A stretch of DNA of 41,326 bases from Halocafeteria seosinensis (taxonomy: Eukaryota): NCBI GenBank assembly GCA_001687465.1, contig LVLI01000379.1, positions 1 to 41,326 on the forward strand, read 5' to 3'. The notes below the pieces were generated by a model. It saw only the letters and a list, made by a program, of their open reading frames with translations, was not told the DNA's origin and made no database searches. This document shows, piece after piece, positions 1 to 11,750 of the stretch. Positions within the stretch are counted from its first letter, which is position 1. Each line of letters opens with the position of its first letter. A program made the translations under genes and the position numbers.

Positions 1-381
1 AGTCCATCGGTCGCAAGTGCGACCTGGACTGCGTTACAGTACTGATTCACCCGGAATCTTGCTGTGGGAAGAGCACAAAGGATTCAAGCCATTCCACCCT
101 CTCGGATAAAATCACTTCTCCAATGCTTAATTCTTGTTTACCCTAGTAAAACGAAAGATGAAAGGTGGCCACACGGAAGTTGCACGTTTCGTCTTCACGA
201 CAGTATTGGATACCCATAGATACAAACTCTAAATAGGCCATAAATAATACACACTACTACTAACTCTAATTAGGGAGGCACATTTCCACAACGTAAGCAG
301 TGTTGACAACCTCGGCAGACGTGATACAGATGGCCAATACGTGTGCATTCTTTGTCCGAGGATAATTGCCCTGTTTTCAGT

Positions 382-466
382 AGCAAGCTACACGAATTGA
401 CTTATACGTGCAAGAGGAAACTAACAACAATATCCTCCCAATCCTATTAAGCAATGAACTGCTAGC
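382..466 (+). repeat. 85-bp direct repeat, copy 1
   Basis: AGCAAGCTACACGAATTGAC...AATGAACTGCTAGC is identical to 631-715. A 164-bp purine-rich spacer lies between the copies. Confidence 0.95.
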
Positions 467-630
467 AAGTCAAGCGGCTGTGTCAAGACGGGTAAGTAAG
501 GACGAGACGGAATGGAACGTTGGGAAGACACCAATGGGGAAGGGGGAACGAGAGCCAGGAGAGAAGAGGGACGAAGAACTGAGGCGGACGGCACGTCTCG
601 GGTGGAATCCGGATTCGAGAACAGCCGAAG

Positions 631-715
631 AGCAAGCTACACGAATTGACTTATACGTGCAAGAGGAAACTAACAACAATATCCTCCCAATCCTATTAAG
701 CAATGAACTGCTAGC
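631..715 (+). repeat. 85-bp direct repeat, copy 2
   Basis: Identical to 382-466. Confidence 0.95.
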
Positions 716-811
716 TAGCCATGCGGATGTCCCATGGGATGTGACGGAAACGGATACTGAAGTTCGGGTCTGCGTCAATGCTTTGAAGTCACTCGTTTAT
801 GCTGCCTCTCT

Positions 812-920
812 CCTAGTGGAACAGCGAGCCTGTAGCTGCCAGACACAGGCGCCAACTGCTACCTAAGTGTAGCGGCTAACATCCAGCTGCCGGTGGGCCA
901 TCAGTCACATCTTCGTCGTC
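812..920. repeat. 109-bp dispersed repeat, inverted relative to 40138-40246
   Basis: CCTAGTGGAACAGC...CATCTTCGTCGTC is the reverse complement of 40138-40246 with 4 transition mismatches and no indels. Confidence 0.93.
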
Positions 921-1429
921 ATTTATCATGAAAGCCACTGTTTGCTTATCGTATTGTTTCCAAAGGAACTTGGAGATTCGTCAGCCCATGCCAATGCTGT
1001 TCCTCGATTCCAAGAAGTTACATCCTGTGGACGCGGTCGGCCTGCGGTCCAGCCACTTGTACTTGTAAAAGATGAAGTGGGAAGCTCATGGTATTCCGCC
1101 CGAAGAGCTCTTTACCACCGTATCGAACGGATCTCAATCGGATGAAGGGTGAACGTGGTTGTGCTATTTTCGTTGCGAGGTAGTCCTGAATCGATTCAAA
1201 GAGAATAAGCTGCAGGATTTAATCGCTGCCGCCAAGCTGAATATTTCATCTTGATTGCATCTTGTCCAAAAATCTGGTAACAGTGTTGGGTAAAGTTTCA
1301 GATGGAGTGAAACGTTTACAGTGCTGGAAAAAAGTCATATACACAACTTCTAGATACAGAATCTGACGGTGAATTGTTGCATGTTGTTCAATTAATAAGC
1401 ACATGAAAGCAGGGTTTTTGACTTAAGTA

Positions 1430-4400
1430 CTATTTTCTTTGCGGCGGAAACAAGCTGATTCGTATTGTCTCGACACCTGATAAATCTTTCGAAGTATCGC
1501 GCTTTGGCGAGGGACGAGAGACAGGAATACGACCTAGATCTTCGTACTCATAATAACCTTCACGCTCCGTCACACCTTCAATGCCACGCAGGGGCGAATG
1601 AAATCCGCTCTTCGTCGGAGACGAACTGGAGAGATCCTGGGTTTCTGGGGCCTTTTCTTCGGACACTGGCGTCTTTGGGTAGCTTTCTCGAACTGTCGAT
1701 GGAATGACCGAGGGTCTTGTTCTTCCCACGACCGATGTACGCTTGCCAGAAGACACTTCACGTTCCGGACTTCTAATCGTGCCAGTATCTTTTCTTCTTT
1801 TATGAGGATCGAGTTTTCGTCCTTTAGCAGTTTTCGCCTGGCGGCCTGTGTCAGCGGAAACTTTTGTTTCGGTCTCAAAACTCTGTGCCTCCCGCACTAC
1901 GTCAACGAGGTACGTGTCAAGAGGCTGTAGTGGAGAGATGGCTTGAGAAGTATACGGCATACGGCTTACGTCTGATATTGACGATGAAGTCGTACTTTCC
2001 ACAGTGGATGCTCTTGCTTCTGGAACATTCGAGTGAACTGTAGAGGTTGAGTCTGCTTCGGCGGACTCGGTACGTATAGTATCCCACGCATTACTTCCGC
2101 TTAATGACCGAACATTTGGTAGAACAATTCTACTGTCCCCAGTACACCTCGTGGTGTCTGGGGCGGTAGTGCCTTCAGTGAGCACCGCTGCCTCTTGGAC
2201 GCTCGAGCAAGTTGTAGGCTTTGTACCTGCTTCCACTGATTCGACATCTGCACCTACTCCTCTGCGTTCTGCGAAGTCGGATGGAGCACCCTTCGCTGTC
2301 GAGCTTTTCTCGACGACCCTCGAAGCCTCCGAAACATGCGAGTGTACCTCAGAGTCTGTGGATATTCCGGAGGTTTTCTTCAAGGGCCTTATTCGTAGAC
2401 GCTTGGTGTCACTCTCTTCCATCGTACCACCTTCACTTGTGCCAATTCCTTCAGCGGCAGCATGCCCACATGATTCACGATCTGTTGTCTTTTTCTGCTC
2501 TTCGGAAATTTGAAGCGTATGTTTCGGGGATATGGGTCCACCTTCAGTACCAGTGGATTCGTGCTTGGATTTATCTTGTTTTTCTCGCACATGCGCTGTG
2601 GCAGTTGACCTTGTAGTTGATACGGTTTTCTCTAATTCAGTCCTAGAACTAGGTCGTTCGTTCTTTTCATCGAAGAGCGCTCCGAGCATATCGGCAGCTG
2701 GAAGGCTCGAATCGGACGGCCCTTCGTCCCGAGCTTCCGAGTCTCCATGGATGCTTGAGATGTCCGTCGCTTCTGCTACACCGTCAGTAGCGCCGGGCAC
2801 CTCTCCCGAATGCTGTTGGGAGACATCGTGACCTGTTCTGCTGGACATTGCGGGTCGAGTAGTCTTCTGGCTACGGTAACTCGCGGGAGCAACATACCGA
2901 CCCTTGGCCGTTGTGGTTCTGGTTTCAGTATCCTCACTCCGGAGTGCGGAAGCTGATTCCGGTGTAAAATCTCCTCCTGTACGATCCTTCTGGCGCATAG
3001 GGACAACATCGCGTGCTTCCGCTGAAGTGTCCACACCGCGTTCCTCATGGAATTGTTGATGACTGCGTTGTCCTTGATGAATCTTGTCCCACAATGCACG
3101 TGGCGGAGAACTAGGGATATCCAGTGACTTCAGACCAATAGAGCTAAGCAATGGCGTTACGGCATCGTTGAACAGCTCTTCGCGTTCTTCATAGCGCCGA
3201 GTAAGTTCATTGATTTGTTGTTCATGGCGTCGAAGTTCATCGTTGTTCCTCTGAAGCATCGTTTCTTGTGACGCTGGCTTGTTCTGCAACCGATCTATAG
3301 CGAAACGGACAACTTGCGGTATCTTTTGAGGAAAGAATTTTCTCACTCCTTGTGATTTATCCGCTTTTCGCTTATAGCTAGCGAACGTTTTAGTGCCACG
3401 TACATGTTGTGTCCCTACGTGGTCCTGAGACAGCGATCTTCTCTTACGTCGCCCAGAAACATGTTTTGCCGGCACGTCCGCAGATGATCCTCCTCGATGT
3501 AAAGCTGAAATGACATCCTCGTGTACCGTAGAAACCTTTTGTTTACCATTGCCAGGTGACAAACTGGTGCGCAGCCAAAACGTTTCATAATAGGCTGAAG
3601 GCATCACTGCTGGGTTTGAAATCATTCGCGCGGACGCACTACAACGGCGACGAGATAGGTATTGAGGGTCAGCTTTCCAATCTCTCCAGGTAAAGCAACC
3701 CTTTTGGTGGCCGAAGCACTTCCCGGGTAGTAATCCCCGACCTGCCCGCTTTGTACCTTCAGTAATGGTACTGAATGAGGTATCCAACTGATAGGGTTCG
3801 CCGGTATCTTTGTCCTCACGACTCGTATCCTTCGTTTTCTTCGGCTGACGTGGTTTTTTCTTGCTTCTGTTTTTTTTTGTTTCAGATCCTTTATGGTTCT
3901 TCGCAAACCTAGAATTTTGATACTTCTTTTGTGTCGTAATTGGACGACTATTTTTAGGCTTTCTATTGGACACACTACTTTGAACTCTACCGCCAACTCG
4001 CAGAGGCTTCTCTTTCTGCCCTCCCAATTTACGGTTCTCCGAGTAAGATCTTCCTTGCAATTGCATCGCTGTTTCGCTGATATTCGAAGCACCAAAAGGG
4101 ATGTCGACCTGTTTCCCTGGACAAGATGAAAATCCTGAATCATGGTGTTTTGTTTGTCCATGCACTGAAGCATTCTCAGTAAAGACAAAGCCTCCTGATG
4201 AACGACATCGGCTATGTTCTCTAGGAGGTAAAGAGCGGGTGGCAGAAGGTACGTCTATCGACACACTGGTGGCGTCCCCGGCACCGAGAAATCCCAGTAG
4301 CGATGGATGTGGTTCGTCCGATTCCAGAGCCCGACATTCTCTAGTTTGAAATCTGGTATCCGCCCCCGTTTTGCTGTGAGCATGAAGTTGCGGCGACGGT

Positions 4401-7065
4401 GTATGCTCGGCTTTACCCGGATGTTGTCGCTTAGTAGATGCTTCGGATGAGTTGTTTTCCACAGTATGAAGACGCTCTTCTCCTTGATCCACTGGAACAT
4501 ACGATACACCACGGCTTCGATCCTTCTCATTTTTCCATTGGTCTAAAGCACGGCGAAGAGAGTTGAACTGGAATCGCTCAGCAGCAGCATAAGCGGCAAC
4601 ACGCTCGCGATCCCTTGCCAATGTAGTCGCAAACTTAAGGGCTTGAAAAAAGGTATTAATGAGCTTCGAGTATCTTCTGCGGCTTACTTCGTCGGCGCTG
4701 TTACACAACCTGAGATGATACGCGCATCTTTGCTTCCAACGGCGCAAACCACGACGCAGTATACAGGCTGCAATCCGTTTTTCTACGAAATCAAGGCCTC
4801 GCTTTGAGTCAACAAATTGAAGCCACTTTTGTATGCAGTGTTTTTTCCTAGACGTCTGTAGCATTTCAAAAGCAATGAGACTAGAATTCATCGAGAATTG
4901 GTGCCAACTTTGGAATACTTTCCGCAATAGAGAGGCTTCATATTTTCGGACAGCTTTATCGTGCAAATCTTTGGAATTGATCAAATCCCCCCACGTACAG
5001 AAATACCGTTTTAATTTCTTCAACTGCATACTGGGAAAGTTAGCTGGGTGTGTTGGTTGCTGCTGTTGTAACTGTGCTTTTCCCCGCAATCGTGAGATTT
5101 CAGCTTCAAGCTGTTGGACCCTGTCAGAAAGTCGCTCATTGCTTCGATCCTTCTCCTGACGCGTCCGATGCGCATCAGCAGCTAGTCGCTTATTGTCTTC
5201 AATCAGCCTGCTATTTTCTTGTTGCAATTGAGAAAGGGCTTCCACGGCTTTTTGGTGGTTGGAGGCGTTAGCAGTCCTAAAGGATTCCAGCTTCGAGCGC
5301 AGCTCCGCATTTTCCTTCCTTAAATCCCTCAACTCATAATTCTCAGAGGCGTTCCCGCTATGTTCTTTAGCGTTTGGATGGTGCTCCCAATCATATGGTT
5401 TGGGAACCTTCCGAGGGTCATTGGTCCCACTCGTTTGCTCGTCGTGTGGTCCTTTGGAATAGCACTTTACTTTTGAGGGTTGTCTTTCTTCTACACCAAG
5501 CTCGTCCCCACTGGATTGTTGCGAGGAAGATGGGGGTTCTGAATGAGCTCTTCGAGGGTATGTACCCTTTCGCGTTGGTAAATTCACCTTTTCTACAGAT
5601 CGGGTGGGTCGGGAGGTTGAGGCATCCGTTTGTTTCCGCCAAAGTTGTCGGGTATATGCAGTGTCTGGTAGAGATGAAGCAGTGCTTCGTCTGGATTGAA
5701 GGAGATCCCGGCGCTGTGTATCTGTAACATAGCCTCGTTTCCGTACCGTGGATTTCGAGACAGGCCGAGTGGAAGCGTTCGTAGTTACTTGTTGCTCGGC
5801 CTCTTCCCTCCACACGTTGCTGCTATCCTTTTTTCGTAGCCTAGAGAGCATATCATAATTCTTACCACAGTTTTCCTCAATAGCTTGAAGCAAATCCTGT
5901 AACTGCCATTGCTGCTTTGATATAACTCTCTGAAATGCAAGCTTGAGTTGCTGATCTCGCCACTCTGGCAGTTCCAATTGTTGGCCTTGTCTATCAAGTT
6001 GCCCTCTCTTGTTTTCAGCATCATACCTTGTCTCTGGGCTCTCCTTTTGAGAGGTTTTTGCTCTTGCATAGCTTCTTATCAAGCGCTGTGCAGGCTGTAC
6101 CACGGAGGTGTAGCCAGAGGCGCCTTCCTTGTGTGGCGTCACATTCTCCGGATCATTGGAAGACTTATTGTGCGAGCAGCCAGGACCCCCAGAGTTTTCT
6201 TCTTCTCCACTCTTGGGTTCAACTTGAGAAGCCACAGATGGTGTTTGCTTGGAAGGCTGGCGCAGTTCATATGCAATACAATTCCTTGTACTCTGAATCT
6301 GCTTGTAAAGGGATAGTTGAACTACATCAACTTCCTCTTGACTCATGTAATTTGCAAACTGTGGCATCTGGCTAGAGCAAAACAGTCCAATGTCAGACTT
6401 AGAGGGTTGAGGCATGGACAGCTGCCGTGCTATTGCATTTCCCGGAGCAAGTCCAGTCCAGACTCTCCTCAGCAGCTCACCATGTACCCTGATTTTATTC
6501 CGCATCACCATTAGCTGATAAAGCCTTAGCTGGTTATTGAACAAATTCTGCAGCATGTTCCTGTATTCTTTCATCATCCTAGATGCCTGGTTCCGTTCTC
6601 GAGCGGAAACAAGCTCTCCATCAAGGGATTTTAACGATGGTAGCGTCGTAATCACTTCCTCTCGATAGCACGGAGATTGAGCCACCGGGTTTCCGCTCAG
6701 GCGCAAGTGCGTCAGTCTGTTGAGCTTAGATAACCATTCTAACGCATTTGTAGCTCCTAGAAGGTTATCTTGTAATGATAACCGCTGTACGTTTTGGAAT
6801 TGATCGATGTGTTGCAGTGACTGTAAGTAATTGGCGGAAAGGTAGATCGTAGAAATTCTCCCAGATAAGGAAGGCAATTTATCCAACGACGTGATTCCAT
6901 GGCCAGCAAGATGCAATCTATGGGCTTGGATAGATTTCGGGTCGTCTTGTATGGCTTCCGAGAGCTGCCGTATGGAAAAAGCATGCCCCATGAGTATCAA
7001 TCAATTAATGAGCCAAGCCGACCAAACCCTAAACGCTTCTACGTACCGTGTACTGTTTCCTCCAT
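1430..7065 (-). CDS. Large LRR (SDS22-like/LRRcap) + coiled-coil + Sfi1-like centrin-binding repeat protein with long disordered C-terminus; probably centriole/basal-body associated
   Basis: 1856-aa ORF at 1430-7000. N-terminal LRRs (IYLSANYLQSL, LSLQDNLL, LRLSGNPV) and an LRRcap (YREEVITTLPSLKSLDG), then a heptad coiled coil. Sfi1-consensus repeats include AVRKYEASLLRKVFQSWH and AAERFQFNSLRRALDQWK. A short first exon probably starts at ATG 7065; its splice sites are uncertain. Confidence 0.8.
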
Positions 7066-8007
7066 TTTTGTGCCAACTTAGATATGGAGGGTTTCGACTT
7101 GTGTGTCCTTTGGTGTTTCTGTGTCCATCAATTCATTGAATTTATCAAGGAGGAGGTTCCCCAACACACAGTACTCACTTTCGGCGGCACTCTAGCGGCG
7201 GTTTGCGAACTCCCTACCACATACGACACGTTCTTCGTTTGCAGTTTACGTGGCTCCGCAGATACTGTCTTGCGTTGAGTTTTCCTGGTTGTAGCGCTCT
7301 CAGTCCAACCCAGGTCCCCTCCACCGCATTCCTGAGTGTGGTAAGTCGTGGGCTGCACCATGACAGCTACCTATCTACCCATTGAACGTCATGCATCTAC
7401 GTGAAGCAAGATTCATCCACCGTTCGCGTAGAAGAGACAGAATGTCATTACAGCAAGAAATTGACGGTCTAATAAGAGGGACTAGCTCTGCTTGGCTGGC
7501 CCCCAGAGTCTTAACGGCCGCCCGTGGCGCACGTGATTCAGGAATTGGTCAGAGAGAGTCGACCACCACAAAGAAGCCGGTTCATGCGGTGCGACTGAAT
7601 AGTCGTTAGGTAGCTCGGTACAACAAGGAAAATGGATGACTGGAGTAACATGTGTATATTGGCACTTATCCAGGGTGGTGTGGTCAGGAACTTTGAGTGC
7701 ATTCCGCAATATATCGGGTGAATGGGGAAGTAATCCCAGCAAAATCATGCACTCCGTATCGCCCAACGATTATCCAAAGGTTATTTAGATGTCAAATCCA
7801 GTTTTCGATAAACTGAGACTGTATGCAGTAATACCACGTTGCACGCCTCGTCGATTCCTGAGAAACTTCACAAATCACTTGTTATACAGCCGGTAGTTTA
7901 TGAGATGGACCCTGGTGATGGTAGGTCATTGTAAGCGCTTGATAAGTTAGTCAGCTAGTAGTTGGGTTTATTGTTTGGCCCTTGTTTGTTGTTTGTCGGA
8001 CGGTATC

Positions 8008-10097
8008 ATGGGGGTGAAGTATAGGTTCGTCACTGCCATTACTACGCTGCTCCTATTCAGCGCTGCGGAGAGACATTTCACTCCTTCTGAGGTCTCCTTG
8101 AACACTCATACTCCCATCACTTCCCCGTTCCTTCTTTATTCACTATTGTATGGCTTCCCGTACCCTCTGATTGCGGCGGGGGGAGCAGTAGAAAGCCATT
8201 GGGTGCAGGAAAACCCTGTGGAATCATTCAACACATATCCACCTGAAGTGATACAGAATGGTACGTGTACGGTCTACCCACCCTGTGATTGCCTATTCGC
8301 TGGAAGTATTTTGATAGATTTGCTCTTGCTCCACTCGGCAGAGACTTGGAATTTCATTTACCCCACGAATTCACCAGTGGGCAACATCCTCCCAAACTTT
8401 ACCGAAACATCGATGGTGATGTTCCGAAACAAGGTTTACGTATTAGGTGGGAGGAACACAACCCATGTATTTCGATCAGTTTGGCGCTCTAAGGATGGTG
8501 GAAGTAAGTATGCGAAGAACCGCAGGTACCCGGACTTTCTTGGTCTGTATTCCCTTCGAATTTTCGCAGAGCACTGGGACTATGCTGCTAATGTCTCGTC
8601 TTTTGGTTACCGCTTCGGCCACGTTGTCACTTCTTCGGCGGACAATATTTTCCTCTTTGGGGGGTATATGTGTAATGACACGAAGTTAAGGTCATATACT
8701 GAAGGCTGTGTTCTCAAAAACGACGTATGGCGCTCTTCCGATGGAGGTAGGTCCAAGTGGACATGTATCAGCGTCAATGGTGCACTTATCAATCCTTAGT
8801 GCACACAGAAAACTACCATAAGATATATGAAGGAGTTCCTAATACACCACGAACTGGATTTCGAGCTGTTTCTTCCGAAGGACAGCTAGTACTTATGGGA
8901 GGGTTTGACCCCCATAACTCGAAGTATTGCGATGACATATGGGAATCGTCTTCTAGGGGAGGTAAGTACCATCCTCGCACGGGTTGTTTGAAAAGGGTTG
9001 TTGCAAGAGAACTACTGTATCTTTCAACTGTGTTTATGTGTACAGAGAAATGGAACCAAATAAAGCCAGCGCCCTCATGGCAGAAGAGAGCAGACTTCGG
9101 AGCCGTGGCATTGGGATCACACATCTTTGTGTTCGGTGGCAAGGGTTCCTCCGGGTTTTTTAGCGACGTTTGGAGAGCGGACAAGCAAGGTTTGGGGCAG
9201 TGGAAGCTGGTCACGAGGGGCGCAGCATGGAGACCTCGGGCATCGTTTGTCTCGTTTGCTTCCTCTCAGTATATGTGGTTAATTGGAGGATCAAATGGTA
9301 GTAGAGAAATGGAAGACGTATGGGAGGCTACAGATGGGATCAACTGGAAGCGGCGGACGACCCTAATATCACGCAATGCCTCTGCTATTTTGAGTGTCGT
9401 GCAAGGTAATTCCACCTTCCCTCTTGTGTTAGCCAGCAGGTACAACATCTCGCAAGCGGACTTAGCTGGGTCAGCATCTACGCTCCGAAACACAAGCTTA
9501 ATGTTTCAGGGCACACTTAACCTACTTTGCTCTGAAAACGGTGTTGTATGTTCAGGCCATGGGAATTGCTCGGATAAATCGGATCTCAGGAAACAGTTTG
9601 TTCCCTCAGTAACTCAGATAAACCCAGTCTGCAATTGCACGTTCAGATACACCGGCGATAAATGTTCAAAGGGATCATGCGGTGCATATAATTGTAAACA
9701 CGGTGTCTGCAATACAAAAGAAAATGGTAGCCTTATATTGTGTGAATGCAATCCTGGATGGAACGGCACCGAGTGTGATGCACCTATATGTGATCCCAAG
9801 TGTGTGCATGGCACTTGTGATAAGCCCTATGGCTGCGACTGTGAGGAGCATTGGTTTGGAGCCCATTGCGACGTCTATAAGAGCACGCTCTGGAGAATTG
9901 GACACTATATTTCTGTTCATGGTTCTGCATGGTTCACAACCATTGGATGCATTGCTGGAGTCGGACTCTTGACGTATGGACTTGTCATGAATCAAGTTCT
10001 ACGAAATCCTGCCCGACTACGGAGACGAAAGCATTCCGGCAAACACGGGATGCATATGTGGGATGACTCCGTTTTGTATGGTACTTTTGGTGATTGA
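8008..10097 (+). CDS. Kelch-like beta-propeller + EGF-like repeats + single TM helix (type I membrane protein)
   Basis: Hydrophobic N-terminus. Kelch-type blades (VYVLGG, IFLFGG, DVWRSSDG, WxxR). Cys-rich EGF repeats (CNCTFRYTGDKC, CECNPGWNGTEC, CDCEEHWFGAHC). TM segment WFTTIGCIAGVGLLTYGLVM followed by a basic RRRK tail. Predicted introns 8261-8341, 8504-8569, 8747-8808 and 8962-9045. Confidence 0.85.
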
Positions 10098-10128
10098 GCA
10101 GTATGCCATTTCTCTCGCCAAATCACCC

Positions 10129-11694
10129 CTAATGAACGACGTAAGGATACTGCTCCGTGATTTGGCTGAGGTAATTAAATGCGCGATCTGTAATTGTCGG
10201 CTGTTCGCAACCCTCCATACGCAACTCCTGAACGGAGCGGAGATGTTGGAAAGCCTCGTCTGTTATTTGCTCTTGGGAGCATCGGCCCATATTGAGGCGC
10301 ACTACTCTTCCAAAATACTGGAATGCTTGATCAGTAATGGTTGGTTGGTTGCATTCCCACATGACCAGACAAGTAATTCTCTTCAAATGGGAAAACGCAA
10401 TATCGGTTAGGGTTGTTTGGTTGCATGCGTGCATATCTAGACTTTCAACTTTAGATAGATACATAAAAGCGTTATCGCTAATAGTGGTCTGACTGAGACC
10501 GTGCATATCAAGGGCAGTCAAATTCCCAAAGTGCGAAAACGCGTCATCTGTAATCGTGTCTCGGTTGATGGCACCTATGGCCAAGTCCTTTAGAGAGTTC
10601 GCTACTGAGGAGAAAGCTGCGTCTGTTATCTGCCTTTGGTTGCACATGGACATGTGTAGTGTCTCGATGCTAGGAAGCCCCTTCAGTGATGAATCTGTTA
10701 TAGAGTGCTGATTGCACCACGTCATAATTAGCGTCCTAACATCTTGGAGATGCGCGAAGCCATGGTCGCTTAGATCTGAATGCTGAATCCAACTGATATC
10801 TAGGTATCGTAGACTCTTGAAAAAATGCAAAGATTCATCTGAGATTGCATACTTTGAATTATGAGCATTCAAATGGGTCAAGTTCGGCAGGTGTCGGAAT
10901 GCATGCGGTGATATCGTGGATTGCCAGCAGTCGGCCATAGACAGTTCTATAAGAGAACTCAAATGAGCGAACGCGTTATCAGTAATTGTTGACTGCATGC
11001 AACCATCCATCGATAAACGCGTTAAGTTCGTCAAGTGTTTGAACGCGGCGTCGGTGATCTCTGATTGGGTACACGTGTTCATATTGAGCGCCTCTAAGCG
11101 CCGCAGGTGGGAAAAAGCTTGATCGGTAATGGTCATTTGCTTACAGCCATTCATCTCCAAGTGTCTCAATTTGGACAGGTATGCAAACGCGGAATCGGTT
11201 ATTGTTTCCGTTTTACACCAGCTCATTTTCAAGTCCTCTAACACATTCCCGTTTCGATTGAGCCGTTCAAAGAATTGATCGCTGAGTGTCCACGACATGG
11301 TGACATCTAACTTCCATAGACGCCGAAAGCCCTCGATGGAGTCGGCCATGGACTCGGGGGTTTCAAACGTACATCGCAATAAATTTAACTTTTCCACACT
11401 GGGGAAATACAACTGCAATTTAACTTCCGGTTTACGTAAGCGCAAATGCAGAGTTCCTCGGAAGTGTGGCATCGAGTTCAAAGCCCATTGAAACTGAGCT
11501 TTCGAGTCTTTATCCCAGAATGTCGTGTGTGAATGCTTCCACTGAAGATGAAACACATGGGTTTGAAGAGCTTTGCAGACGTGTCCTAGACTACGGCATA
11601 CAAGCTCCACCACATCGCCTTCAAACCAAGTTTCATACCAATTCAGAAAGATTTGCAGAGCTTGTATTATAAAAGCATTGTTATTGTCTTCCAT
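10129..11694 (-). CDS. Intronless LRR protein (AMN1/F-box-LRR-like), about 16 repeats of 24 aa
   Basis: 521-aa single ORF. Repeat consensus LxxLxMxxCxQxxITDxAFxHLxx. Possible degenerate F-box at the N-terminus (LGHVCKALQ). Confidence 0.85.
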   Translation of the reverse strand: MEDNNNAFIIQALQIFLNWYETWFEGDVVELVCRSLGHVCKALQTHVFHLQWKHSHTTFWDKDSKAQFQWALNSMPHFRGTLHLRLRKPEVKLQLYFPSVEKLNLLRCTFETPESMADSIEGFRRLWKLDVTMSWTLSDQFFERLNRNGNVLEDLKMSWCKTETITDSAFAYLSKLRHLEMNGCKQMTITDQAFSHLRRLEALNMNTCTQSEITDAAFKHLTNLTRLSMDGCMQSTITDNAFAHLSSLIELSMADCWQSTISPHAFRHLPNLTHLNAHNSKYAISDESLHFFKSLRYLDISWIQHSDLSDHGFAHLQDVRTLIMTWCNQHSITDSSLKGLPSIETLHMSMCNQRQITDAAFSSVANSLKDLAIGAINRDTITDDAFSHFGNLTALDMHGLSQTTISDNAFMYLSKVESLDMHACNQTTLTDIAFSHLKRITCLVMWECNQPTITDQAFQYFGRVVRLNMGRCSQEQITDEAFQHLRSVQELRMEGCEQPTITDRAFNYLSQITEQYPYVVH

Positions 11695-11750
11695 GGTTAC
11701 AACATTGAAGCAGTATCAGTAGTTTATGTGGGATGAAAAAATAGACAATT
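11695..11750. promoter_or_regulatory. 56-nt interval between divergent start codons (putative minimal bidirectional promoter)
   Basis: LRR gene ATG at 11694 (-) and NPRL3 ATG at 11751 (+). The spacer is AT-rich. Confidence 0.5.

Noticed and set aside
382..715. CRISPR-like repeat-spacer array
   Set aside because: Only two repeats, 85 bp long with a 164-bp spacer. No cas genes, and the context is eukaryotic.
408..866. 152-aa ORF with an internal repeat
   Set aside because: GTG start, and the peptide repeat simply mirrors the DNA repeat. No domain recognised.
7365..7615. Possible MITE bounded by AGCTACCTA/TAGGTAGCT
   Set aside because: The inverted match is only 9 bp, with no TSD and no second copy in the window.
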